Source: a virus (lineage: Duplodnaviria > Caudoviricetes). From it: a stretch of DNA of 64,000 nt. The notes beneath the pieces were generated by a model, which was not told the origin of the DNA, made no database searches, and saw only the letters and a program-made list of their open reading frames with translations. Position numbers and translations under genes: made by a program. The stretch's first letter is position 1, and the number at the start of each line of letters is the position of its first letter. This document shows positions 49,392 to 59,146 of the stretch, one piece after another. The stretch lies in IMG/VR virus record IMGVR_UViG_3300029705_000041. One strand, 5' to 3'.

Positions 49392-50834
49392 CTATAGATG
49401 AATGACCATATCCTTAAATGAAGATATAACACGATATGTTTTGTCATTCTTTGAAATTGCTTCTTTTAATTTTTCTGATAATTTCTTTTTACTTTCAGAT
49501 GAACCATGCACCAAAACTAATTTATTTGTTTTTAAAGAGCTACCATATTTAATCAAATCCTTATTATTTGCATGACTACTAAAAGTAGAAAGTGTAATAC
49601 AATCTGCTCTATTTGCAATCTGCTCCTTATTGATGCTTATAAATTTATGTTCTCTGTAGTTTTTTATTCTATACGATAAATAAGATGGATTATCTCCGGC
49701 ATAACCCGAAAATATAATCATACTATTTCTATCTTTTAAGTATTTCTTTATATAATTTACAATTCTTCCATTTGTACAAAAACCGGAAGAAGATATAATT
49801 ATCTTTGACTGTTGGTTAGCAACCCATAATTGAGATTCTTCTTTTTCTGAAACAAATTTAACATTCTCCCAATTACATATTGAATTCCATAAAATTAAAT
49901 CATCTTCTGATAGTAATGTAGAATATAGTTTACATATTTCACAACTTAATTTAGAATCTACTATAATTGGAATTGAAAAGTTTTCGTCATTCCCATAAAT
50001 TCCATATAGTGTTGTCAACAATTCTTGCGTTCTACTAAAACTAAAACATGGGAGTATTACACTACCATGTCTTTCGATAACTGTATTTATAGCGGCTGTC
50101 AGATGCTCAATATCAAAATTTCTTGATTTTTTGGTTTCTCTTTTTGTGTCTCCGTATGTAGATTCCATTATTACAACATCATTAAACATTTCGGGAATTT
50201 CAGTGTTCTCTAAATAATGATTTTGTGTATTTAATGCGCCAATATCAGAAGTATAAAGAATTTTCCTCTTTTTATTATCTGAATTTAAAATCAATTGTAA
50301 TTGTGCTGCTCCTAAACAATGTGAGTTTTTTAACCATTGAAAGCTTATACTATCATTTAATGTATATACATGATTGTAATTATCAAAAATTTCAATCATT
50401 TCCAAAGCTTTATATACATCCGATTCTTCATATAGTGGTTTATACTCTCTCTTATATTTACGAGATAATATTTTTGCTTCCTCTGTAACAATAAAACATG
50501 AATTAAGCAAAAGCGGTTTCATAACCATTGCTGTATTCTTTGTTGTAATTATTTTACCATTAAAACCCTCTTTTACAAGACGTGGGATTAATCCACAATG
50601 GTCTATGTGAGGATGTGCAACAAAAACAAAATCTATTTCTGAAGGTTTAAACTTAAATTTAGCTGAATTAATTTTATAAGAATCTAAATAACTATTACTC
50701 TGTGATTGATGTAAACCACACTCAAAAAGACATTGATAAATTCCAAATCGTACAAGGTATTGTGACCCTGTAACATCTTCTGCGGCTTTTCCAGTAAAAT
50801 ATATTCCGTCACTTTTCAATTTCTTTTTTGTCAT
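49392..50834 (-). CDS. Metallo-beta-lactamase beta-CASP ribonuclease
   Basis: VTGS, HPHIDH, SHCLG, SDIG, ESTYG, R.QEL, SSHA, LVHG. Confidence 0.9.
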   Translation of the reverse strand: MTKKKLKSDGIYFTGKAAEDVTGSQYLVRFGIYQCLFECGLHQSQSNSYLDSYKINSAKFKFKPSEIDFVFVAHPHIDHCGLIPRLVKEGFNGKIITTKNTAMVMKPLLLNSCFIVTEEAKILSRKYKREYKPLYEESDVYKALEMIEIFDNYNHVYTLNDSISFQWLKNSHCLGAAQLQLILNSDNKKRKILYTSDIGALNTQNHYLENTEIPEMFNDVVIMESTYGDTKRETKKSRNFDIEHLTAAINTVIERHGSVILPCFSFSRTQELLTTLYGIYGNDENFSIPIIVDSKLSCEICKLYSTLLSEDDLILWNSICNWENVKFVSEKEESQLWVANQQSKIIISSSGFCTNGRIVNYIKKYLKDRNSMIIFSGYAGDNPSYLSYRIKNYREHKFISINKEQIANRADCITLSTFSSHANNKDLIKYGSSLKTNKLVLVHGSSESKKKLSEKLKEAISKNDKTYRVISSFKDMVIHL

Positions 50835-50840
50835 AACACA

Positions 50841-51020
50841 TTAATCCTTTAAAAATTTTCTTGCTATATTTACATACTTGTCCTCTATATAAATTTTTGT
50901 TTTTGAACCATAATATCCAACTGGATTATTATTATTGTCAATCATTCCATTATGAGAATTGCGAATAATTTTATTTTTTAAAAGTAAATCTATTTCTTTT
51001 CTTGTTATTGGTTTTATAAT
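50841..51020 (-). CDS. Small basic protein (start uncertain)
   Basis: Track start overlaps tRNA-Thr; an ATT/ATA start near 51020 follows a GGTG RBS-like element. Confidence 0.45.
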   Translation of the reverse strand: MIKPITRKEIDLLLKNKIIRNSHNGMIDNNNNPVGYYGSKTKIYIEDKYVNIARKFLKD

Positions 51021-51047
51021 AAACACCAACCTTTTCTTTGTATTTTT

Positions 51048-51123
51048 TGGAGCTGATGGTGGGACTCGAACCCACAACCGACTGATTACAAGTCAGTTAC
51101 TCTACCAATTGAGCTACATCAGC
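51048..51123 (-). tRNA. tRNA-Thr(TGT)
   Basis: ACTGA-CT-TGT-AA-TCAGT, CCA. Confidence 0.95.
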
Positions 51124-51126
51124 ATA

Positions 51127-51203
51127 TGGTGACGCTAGCCAGAATCGAACTGGCATTGCATCCTTGAAAGGGATGTGTCCTAGACCGTTTAGACGATAGC
51201 GCC
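51127..51203 (-). tRNA. tRNA-Glu(TTC)
   Basis: CATCC-CT-TTC-AA-GGATG, CCA. Confidence 0.93.
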
Positions 51204-51206
51204 ATA

Positions 51207-51282
51207 TGGCTCCTCCAGCTGGACTTGAACCAGCGACATCATGATTAACAGTCATGCGCTCTACCGGCTGAGCTATAGAGGA
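51207..51282 (-). tRNA. tRNA-Asn(GTT)
   Basis: CATGA-CT-GTT-AA-TCATG, CCA. Confidence 0.95.
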
Positions 51283-51288
51283 ATATAG

Positions 51289-51364
51289 TGGCGGCTTGTG
51301 AGGGAATCGAACCCTCATCTTCGGAGAGACAATCCGATATACTTAGCCATTATACGAACAAGCC
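51289..51364 (-). tRNA. tRNA-Asp(GTC)
   Basis: TCGGA-TT-GTC-TC-TCCGA, CCA. Confidence 0.9.
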
Positions 51365-51369
51365 ATTTT

Positions 51370-51456
51370 TGGTGGGCAGGGTAGGATTTGAACCTACGAA
51401 GCCGTAAGGCAACAGATTTACAGTCTGCCCGCTTTGAGCCGCTTGCATACCTACCC
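51370..51456 (-). tRNA. tRNA-Tyr(GTA)
   Basis: GCAGA-CT-GTA-AA-TCTGT, long variable arm, CCA. Confidence 0.95.
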
Positions 51457-51461
51457 ATATA

Positions 51462-51929
51462 TAATAGCTGCTATATAGAAAACTGAAACCCTATCAATCC
51501 AATCAATTAGCAGTTTTAAATAATCATCGAAATGATTTAAACCATTATGTAAAAAATTTCTTTAAATTTTTTTGTTCATTTACTTGAAAAATGCACTTAA
51601 TAAGAATTTAATTCTTCTGTAGAGCGTTCTGCTGATTGTATGAATGATATAGTTTGCATTATTGATTTATGGAATTATCGTTGGATTGCAGATAGTTGGT
51701 CGTAACATATGAATGTAGGATGGCATTACTATTAGTACCTTCAAAAAATATCTATCCACCAAATATTTGATAATCACTATTTATAAATAATATGTTTCTA
51801 TTATATATTAAAAACATTATAAAATAATGTAGAATATTAGCTTATTCCGAACTGCACAGCGTTATACTTCATCTGTGCTTGAAGCGACTGAAATTAATAT
51901 TCGTTCAGTTCTCTATATAGCAGCTATTA
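51462..51929 (-). ncRNA. Large structured non-coding RNA, family unknown
   Basis: 26-bp closing helix (one G-U on the minus strand), many internal stems, no ORF, ends 5 nt before tRNA-Tyr. Confidence 0.6.
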
Positions 51930-52115
51930 CGGATATTAAGGAATCAGAAATCACTGGCATCTTTTATCTACAAAAGCAAGGTAAAGAAAATGATTGTATT
52001 TTTATATAAAAGTAATAAAGTGAAAATTTTAAATTTAAGATGCCAGTTCTATGTCTTTTTTTGTATAGAAGTTAATAGAAGGATGATTCCTATGAGCCGT
52101 AATTACGGATAATTA

Positions 52116-52736
52116 TTATTTTAATTTTGCAACACAATCTTCAAGACTATCGCCAATTTCAAATTTACTTTCAAAATCAACCATAGTTTCAAGTTGCATT
52201 ACATCTATAGTTGTTGAGGTTTCATCTAATTCTTTTCGGAGTTTGCTTGCAATAGCTTTTACCTTATTTCTATCAAAATCAATAGTTGTAACCTCTTTTA
52301 TATCATAACAATATGTAACCTGATTTCCTTCTTCGTTGAATTTAACTGAACGACCAGAAAGGATATTTTCTTTTGGTTTGATATTTGCCATATTTAAAAG
52401 TCTCTGCAATAATTCACGCTTACGATTATTTATGGTTATCATACCGTCAAAATCTTTTTTGTCCTGGTGTTTTGCTTTATTAATAGCAGTTGTAAGATTT
52501 TCCATTTCAGCCTGTACAGTGCAAACGAAATCAATTAAATCGTTTATCGAAAAATCGCACTCCATACGTTTTGGCTTTGTAATAGTTTCATCTTCTGCTT
52601 CTGAATACACCTTTTTTCTCATGTGTTCCTGTGTAGAAACTGTAACATTATCTGAATAACCCAAAATTGATAAAGCTTCATCAAACAAAGATTTCAGATA
52701 ATTTTGTAATTCAAAACTTTTCTTTAACGTAATCAT
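52116..52736 (-). CDS. Helical-hairpin/coiled-coil protein upstream of the structured RNA
   Basis: AAGGAG RBS; LK..F..QN.L, FN.EGNQV.Y.YD, TTIDFDRN motifs. Confidence 0.8.
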   Translation of the reverse strand: MITLKKSFELQNYLKSLFDEALSILGYSDNVTVSTQEHMRKKVYSEAEDETITKPKRMECDFSINDLIDFVCTVQAEMENLTTAINKAKHQDKKDFDGMITINNRKRELLQRLLNMANIKPKENILSGRSVKFNEEGNQVTYCYDIKEVTTIDFDRNKVKAIASKLRKELDETSTTIDVMQLETMVDFESKFEIGDSLEDCVAKLK

Positions 52737-52790
52737 CGACTAATTTCTCCTTTTAAACTAATTATTTTGTTTTACTTTTCTTTATTATTA

Positions 52791-52828
52791 CGCACTAGGC
52801 ATAACATCATAATGCCATGCCTAATACG
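52791..52828 (-). promoter_or_regulatory. 17-bp RNA hairpin in the leader of the 206-aa gene
   Basis: Fully paired only on the minus strand (four G-U pairs). Confidence 0.55.
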
Positions 52829-52999
52829 CTCACACAAAGAAAAGAGAAAGATAAAGAAATGAGAATTAAAGGGATTTTTTCTTTTTATATTCCCTTCATA
52901 TAGAAAAATTTGTGTTTTTTTGATGCCTTTTTAAACCCTCAAAGTAGGAGAGGTTAAAAGCGATAAATAAAATTTATCTCAAAATTGTGCTGTCCAAAT

Positions 53000-53890
53000 T
53001 TATTTACTTTCATGCTCTTGTTTGTTTCTATAATATCGTTCAAGTTCTTTTTCTGCTTTATATTTTTTACGATACTTGATATAACAAGTCGGACACCTAT
53101 TACTTTGGTGGTCTTTTGAATTTGTCTCATATACCAAACCACAATCAACGCAAACAATTGTTTTTGTTTCCTGGGGAGTATATCCGGCACAAGCTGAACA
53201 ATATTTTTTTGTACCAGCTTTATTATTGCGGATTAAAATACCGCAATCTTGACAACGAATAAAATTTCCGTTTTCAGTAAATTTTAAATATTCATATCCA
53301 AGCTCTCTAAAGTCTGATATAAATAACACTTTTTCACTTTCATCATTTATAAATGTTACCCTGCTACTTAAATTATCATTTTTTTTAGGAAACTCTAGTA
53401 AGTTAATCTGATTAAGCATTCCAAAACGCTCATAACGATTTACTACACTACAAGAAATTCTAGCAAGACTAAAAATCTCTTTGGCATCAGTGTTTACCCA
53501 GCCTTGATTTTGCGGATTCTTTATATTGTTTAATTTGGCAAGACAAAGCATTGTAAAAGCAAGTCGTTCTAAAACCTTGTTGTGTATGTTTTGTATTGTT
53601 TCTAATTCTGCTTTTGTAATCCAAATACCATCTATTTCAAACAAAGTGAACTTTCCGGCATTAGCCGCTAATTTTTCTATATTTTCATCCCAACTTGATT
53701 TATTACTTGAATAGTGTGGGTAATACCTATTCATGTAATCTATAAGTAAATCTGTAATTTTCTTTTTTCTATATCCATAACAATGATAATAATATTTAGC
53801 CAGGACTGACAACGTAATAAATGGCTTATTATTAACTGTTTTACTTTTTAAACATTCTTCTGCATACTCTTTTTCATTTAATATAATCAT
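53000..53890 (-). CDS. Zn-finger protein, putative transcription factor coupled to the phage RNAP
   Basis: Overlaps the RNAP stop; four C-terminal CxxC pairs. Confidence 0.65.
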   Translation of the reverse strand: MIILNEKEYAEECLKSKTVNNKPFITLSVLAKYYYHCYGYRKKKITDLLIDYMNRYYPHYSSNKSSWDENIEKLAANAGKFTLFEIDGIWITKAELETIQNIHNKVLERLAFTMLCLAKLNNIKNPQNQGWVNTDAKEIFSLARISCSVVNRYERFGMLNQINLLEFPKKNDNLSSRVTFINDESEKVLFISDFRELGYEYLKFTENGNFIRCQDCGILIRNNKAGTKKYCSACAGYTPQETKTIVCVDCGLVYETNSKDHQSNRCPTCYIKYRKKYKAEKELERYYRNKQEHESK

Positions 53891-56673
53891 ACGTTGGCAT
53901 CACCACCAATCTCCTTTTCGCACATAGTGAAATATTCTCCGCAATACTCAAAACTGTTTGGTTCGTTTTTGTCTGTTTTTTGAGGATAATATATTTTGTG
54001 ATTATTATTCTTTAGTAAATTATCTAAAATTACATTGCCACATACATCCCACGCAAACTGTTTTGTTTTTTCCGCTTTATATGATATATCTAACACAATA
54101 TCACATAATTCACGTTCATTAGTACAAACTTCTTCGCATTCACGTTTAAATCTGTCTACAAACATAGTTCGTTGTTGCCAACATTCAAATGCATCCATTT
54201 TTTCGGTACGTTTTCTTTGTTGAAACTTATCAATATTCCTTTGATAATCTTCATATATTTTGAGGACACTTTCGTAATTTCTTCTGCTGTACTCAACATG
54301 ACTTTTAAGGATATTATAATCAAATTCCGGCTGTTCATATTTTTTTGAAAGATAACTATTGAATTCTTTTTCAAATATCCAACATATACGATTTACAACA
54401 CACGTATTATATCCAACAGGTATAAATCTTTCATAATAATCTAAATAATTAATCATATCCTGTGTTTTTGGTTCGTAATTATATAAATCTTGAACGCTAT
54501 GTATTCCATAAGAACTAAATCTCATTATTGCACCATAATCACTATTTTTCATATATGTATTATTTTTAGTTCTAAGAGCTGGATATACATATGTCATAAA
54601 ATATGGTTTATTTGCTGCAACGATTTTTTGATTAAATTCTTTTTTCTTGATTTCTTCTGGAGTATCATCATCTTTAATCATATTATCTCTCATACTATAC
54701 CAATATGCCGGCATTGGTTTTGCGATTATTCCCTTGGCTCTATCAATTGTGTTTTGCTGATATAACTGACCACACATGATTCTATAGGCAAGTGTTTCAT
54801 ACTCCTTTGAACCTGGTTCAAATCCTGCTTGAACTTCAATCATACTTGTAACATGATTGGTTACTGTGCCTATATCATCATTAAAAGCTAACTTATTAGC
54901 TTGAATAATATCTTCTTCATTAGCAATCTTCTTTTCAGCTTTTCGTTGCATACAAACGATGGTGGGGGAGTTAAGAGTTCTTTTTACAATAATTGGATTA
55001 TCGGTGTCCATATTTGTATCTCCATCTTTGTCGGCACCATTCATTGCATCACAAGCTGTGTCCCATGCATTAAGTATAGCAGCAGTAGAAATATATTGAT
55101 ACCAATGTGATGTTTGCTCATTATTGCATAACTTCATTTTACGAATATTATTATGACAAGTCATTGGCGCACGAAAACAAGCTAATTCAGTAGAACCTTT
55201 ATCAATCCAATATTTATGATATATTTCTCCAGCTTTTAATAATCCAGTAACTTCTAAACCAAACATACTTTGAGCCAAAGCATAAGGGTCTCCGGAAATC
55301 ATTGCAAAGTTAGCGTTTACTTTTATTGCACCACGTTTTGCCATTTCTATTCGCTTTACAATCATATTCCAAATCTTCCGGCGAATAAATGGGTCGTTAA
55401 TCATTCGTTTGTCAATCATCAATGCTCTTACACAATAATCAAAAGTATCATTAAACGCATTTTCATCATTTAAACCAAAGCCAGCTAAAAATACAAGACT
55501 TCTTCGATAATCCATTCCTAAAACACCTTTAATCTCATCTATTGTCGGATTACATAATTCTTGTAATTCTTCATCAGTAAAATTGTAGCTTTGTAAAAAT
55601 TGATAATTTGTATATCTAACATTTTCTAATTCTTCTGGCGTGGTTTTTGGAGTCGAAAATTGATAATGGTTTTCTTGGCAATTTCTATAATAATCTTCCC
55701 AACTCTCATAACTATCCCAGAGTTTTAACATAGAAACTGTAAGAATGACTTCTGCATCTCTAATATCTCTTTTATCGCCCCATGCATCAATTATCTCAAA
55801 AGTTCCTGCAATTTTTTCTGCAAATTCTATGAAATCAAATGTGTAAATCATACCCTTAGTCCATGCATAACGTGTATTCATACCCGAAATAACTTTTGAG
55901 TCATCACCGGTTAAATATCCATTTACTTTCTTAGAGTAAGAGGGAAGCATAAGACCATATCCATCCGAATCATTATGCTCAATTTCAAAATCTTTTATTT
56001 TTGTCATTATAGGTTCGCCTTCGGCTTCATCATTTATCATAATGACATCATCTTTAAAAAATGTTATACAATCATTAACCACAATAATTCCTTTAGGTTC
56101 AGGGATAGGAGTAGAGCCAGAACAAATCAGAGCTTGATATGCTTCTAGTTTTGCCGGTACCACCGGAATATCTTTGTTTCGTCCGTTGTCTAATCTCTTT
56201 TTTAATTCGGGATATAATTGTTCATTAACATAAACAATTGTTGAATTTTTTATGCCACCATTCGTTCCTAGAAATCGTTTATACTTAATACCATTAATAG
56301 TAAAGCCTTTATTAGCTCTATCATAATCTGAATTACTATCCATAATAATGCAGACATAATCCTTTTGAAACTGAAGGTTATATAGATTTTCGTATAAAGC
56401 CTTTATAATCATTTTAGTTTCACGGCTCTTAGGTTTCTTTTTTTCATATTTAATTTTTTTCTTTATATCTTTAACTTTGCCATTTATATCAGAAATTCCA
56501 TTAAGCTCATCTATAAATCTTAAAAGTTGACTATCATTTAAAGAAACAATATCTTCCGGATAATCACGCATAGCAACTTCTAATGGCAAAGATAGATTCC
56601 AATTTGCTTTCTTCAATCTTTTACTATGTAGTTTATATATAAACTTTAGATAGCTTTTTTGCTCCATTCGCAT
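53887..56673 (-). CDS. yonO: YonO-like single-subunit RNA polymerase
   Basis: NGADKDGD catalytic motif, DGYG, R...KG, FRAP; SPbeta-like context. Confidence 0.88.
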   Translation of the reverse strand: MRMEQKSYLKFIYKLHSKRLKKANWNLSLPLEVAMRDYPEDIVSLNDSQLLRFIDELNGISDINGKVKDIKKKIKYEKKKPKSRETKMIIKALYENLYNLQFQKDYVCIIMDSNSDYDRANKGFTINGIKYKRFLGTNGGIKNSTIVYVNEQLYPELKKRLDNGRNKDIPVVPAKLEAYQALICSGSTPIPEPKGIIVVNDCITFFKDDVIMINDEAEGEPIMTKIKDFEIEHNDSDGYGLMLPSYSKKVNGYLTGDDSKVISGMNTRYAWTKGMIYTFDFIEFAEKIAGTFEIIDAWGDKRDIRDAEVILTVSMLKLWDSYESWEDYYRNCQENHYQFSTPKTTPEELENVRYTNYQFLQSYNFTDEELQELCNPTIDEIKGVLGMDYRRSLVFLAGFGLNDENAFNDTFDYCVRALMIDKRMINDPFIRRKIWNMIVKRIEMAKRGAIKVNANFAMISGDPYALAQSMFGLEVTGLLKAGEIYHKYWIDKGSTELACFRAPMTCHNNIRKMKLCNNEQTSHWYQYISTAAILNAWDTACDAMNGADKDGDTNMDTDNPIIVKRTLNSPTIVCMQRKAEKKIANEEDIIQANKLAFNDDIGTVTNHVTSMIEVQAGFEPGSKEYETLAYRIMCGQLYQQNTIDRAKGIIAKPMPAYWYSMRDNMIKDDDTPEEIKKKEFNQKIVAANKPYFMTYVYPALRTKNNTYMKNSDYGAIMRFSSYGIHSVQDLYNYEPKTQDMINYLDYYERFIPVGYNTCVVNRICWIFEKEFNSYLSKKYEQPEFDYNILKSHVEYSRRNYESVLKIYEDYQRNIDKFQQRKRTEKMDAFECWQQRTMFVDRFKRECEEVCTNERELCDIVLDISYKAEKTKQFAWDVCGNVILDNLLKNNNHKIYYPQKTDKNEPNSFEYCGEYFTMCEKEIGGDANV

Positions 56674-56751
56674 TGCCTTCCTATCATTTTATTTTTTATA
56701 GCTTCTCTAAAGTGATAATAATAATTATACTTTTTCTGCCTTGGTTTTAAA

Positions 56752-57129
56752 TTATTTATTAAGCCAGACTTGAAAACAATTATCGTCCGGCAACCATTTT
56801 GTTCTTAAATTGTCATGTTCATATCTTAGCAACTCTGCTATGTGATAAATATAAAAACAATAATCACATTCTCCATGACGAATTGCAAATAAGATACTAT
56901 TTATAAATTCTTTGTATTTTGTCCATTGTGTATCGCCCTGATATGTAAACTGATTATCTGAATAGCCATTAATAAGAATGGGAGAGGTTCTGCAACTCAT
57001 TCTTTTCTCTTTTACTTGATGAGTTAGAGTTTTCATAATTCCAAAATATTCTTGCCATTCTTTATCAGTCATATCTTTATCTGGTTTCTTAGCGGTTAAG
57101 CTAATGGTTTGTAATTCTTCTAGTTTCAA
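56752..57129 (-). CDS. Hypothetical protein
   Basis: ORF with AAGGAGG-type RBS, TTG start. Confidence 0.6.
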   Translation of the reverse strand: MKLEELQTISLTAKKPDKDMTDKEWQEYFGIMKTLTHQVKEKRMSCRTSPILINGYSDNQFTYQGDTQWTKYKEFINSILFAIRHGECDYCFYIYHIAELLRYEHDNLRTKWLPDDNCFQVWLNK

Positions 57130-57150
57130 TTTGCATCCTTATCCTCCTTT

Positions 57151-57819
57151 TTAGTCTATTTGGCTTGCCATAATACACCTGATACCACGTGCCACTTCAT
57201 CTTGCCAATTATAATCGCATTCTTCAATTTTCATATTAACAAAAATTTTTACATTAGAATGCCATTGACCGTTACTGTCTTTATAACGAGGTAATTCCTC
57301 GCTATGAATAATATTAAGTTCTTCTAAAATCTTTAAAGATTTTGTAATGTTGCGAACTGACATTCCAATACTGTCTGATATTCTACTTAATAAATTAGAA
57401 TAGAATAGTGGCATATCAGGTTGGCGAATCATGCATAGTCTGATATGTGAAAGGAGAAGAAGAACGTGTGAATGATTCATCCGCCGCCCGCTCCGAACAC
57501 TATCCTCTCTTGCTTGTAATATTCTTTGAAATTCATTATAATAAATAATACCAAAACAATCTTGTTGTTTAATATATTTCATTCCGGATTTCTTATTTTC
57601 AAAATATTGATTTTTTATAAATTGATATACCAACTCTTTATATTGGTATAGGATGCCGCCGGCATCTCGGCGGGTAGAAAATTTTGAATAGGCAACAAGT
57701 TCTTCGATGTTTTCGCCGCCCCATCCGGAAAACAGAATAGAAGAATAAGCAAGAACTCTTTTTTCATTAAGCTCACAATTATATATCAGGCTGCGAGGTA
57801 TCATAACAAATTCCTGCAT
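57151..57819 (-). CDS. HTH DNA-binding protein (replication-initiator/regulator-like)
   Basis: ISDSIGMSVRNITKSLKILEELNII winged HTH; GGAGG RBS. Confidence 0.6.
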   Translation of the reverse strand: MQEFVMIPRSLIYNCELNEKRVLAYSSILFSGWGGENIEELVAYSKFSTRRDAGGILYQYKELVYQFIKNQYFENKKSGMKYIKQQDCFGIIYYNEFQRILQAREDSVRSGRRMNHSHVLLLLSHIRLCMIRQPDMPLFYSNLLSRISDSIGMSVRNITKSLKILEELNIIHSEELPRYKDSNGQWHSNVKIFVNMKIEECDYNWQDEVARGIRCIMASQID

Positions 57820-57857
57820 ATTAATCCTCCTGGTTCTTTATAATTAAGTTTGGTTAA

Positions 57858-57886
57858 ATTATAACACAATTAAAATGATTTGTCAA
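57858..57886 (-). promoter_or_regulatory. Consensus sigma-A promoter driving the leftward operon
   Basis: TTGACA, 17 bp, TATAAT with TG on the minus strand. Confidence 0.85.
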
Positions 57887-58335
57887 TAGTTTTTCTGTAT
57901 TATTTTTAAAAAGTCTCAAAAATCCGTATTTTGTCCTCAAATTGCATCTCCTTAAATATATATACATACTTATAAGTATGAGAGTCTTATATTCAATACA
58001 ATATTTAATAAGAGTCTTATTATAAGTTAGAATATTATTATAATAAATATTGTATAATTTTCTGTATGAAAAAATCGAATCTACCTTTATAACCACAACA
58101 GAAAATCATTATAAATCTGTATGTATAAATTTTCGGAATATCAAATCCATATTGTTAGGCTATACATTTTCACTCCGATGTCGTTCAAATGTATAGCTCA
58201 TTTGGTCTTACAAGAATGGTAGTCTAAAATATAAATTCCCAAAGTTTGAGACTTTTTATAAAATCGAAATAAATATTTTTATATCCAAATCCAGAGAAAT
58301 ATTTTTATCCGAAATTTTCTCCGAAGAAATTCCCA

Positions 58336-58465
58336 AAGTAGGAGAGTTAGCCATATCAGAACATACCTTTCGGAAATGTTCGGTATTTTTAGATAAATCC
58401 TCAAAGTAGGAGAGTTTAGTATTTTTACGAATTAATCTTCGGTAAAGTGTGGAAGTAGGAGAGTT
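58336..58465. repeat. Three copies of AAGTAGGAGAGTT (core also at 52942)
   Basis: Copies at 58336, 58404, 58453; 58399-58414 is identical to 52937-52952. Confidence 0.8.
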
Positions 58466-59117
58466 TGCCAATCGAGATTGAAATTTTTTTGATGAGAGTG
58501 AAGTGTATCACATACCGGCTGGAGTGAAAAAAATCTACCTAAAATATATGTTTTTTATCCCCCTATTTTTAGTAATATTGCACAAATAAAGAACCATCAA
58601 AAAATATAAGTCTATAAAAGTACAAAAAACAGACTTTAAACATAAATATATTTAAAAAAATTCCTGGAGCATAAAAAAAATAAAAAAATTTCCCATCATA
58701 ATATATAAATTGATTTTTTATTTTTTCGGTAAATATTTTCGGTATAATCAAAACCAAATAATTTTATAAATAACTTTTAATTTTCCTCCATATAATAACC
58801 AAATAACCAAAATAAAAAAATAAAATTCAGCTTTTAAAAATTCCGCTTATGTTCTTATTATATAAAATCAGTTTAACAAAATCCAGGCAATAAAAAAATC
58901 ATTACATTATATATGTATAAAAAAATGTTGTGCTGCAATTCATCATATTATATAATATAAGTATATAAACAGATTATAAAAACAATTTCAGAACATAAAC
59001 GCCGGCAAGATGGGAGCATAATATATAAGTTGCACAACTCAAATATTAAAATAACCGTTTGCAATAGTGCAATATCAACAAAAACACAAATATTTTAAAA
59101 ATAATGCAAAAAAAGTA

Positions 59118-59146
59118 TTGACAAGTTAAAAAGTATGTGTTATACT
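59118..59146 (+). promoter_or_regulatory. Early sigma-A promoter 1
   Basis: TTGACA, 17 bp, TATACT; extended TG; A-tract UP element. Confidence 0.85.

Noticed and set aside
51097-51318. 73-aa ORF
   Set aside because: Lies entirely over tRNA genes
46400-51460. Theta/HDV-like ribozymes at tRNA 3' trailers
   Set aside because: All tRNAs encode CCA and most spacers are a few nt; the 40-nt Met-Ser spacer is a simple UUCG hairpin
733-55473. Numerous antisense or nested ORFs in the track (e.g. 1331-2104, 28697-29419, 35099-35548)
   Set aside because: Shadows of long, well-supported genes; no RBS or recognisable motifs
58336-58465. Repeats as a mini CRISPR array
   Set aside because: Only 13-16 bp, irregular spacing, no cas genes
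57854-58757. Short minus-strand ORFs in the divergence zone
   Set aside because: No RBS, low-complexity AT-rich sequence, overlap with the promoter and repeats
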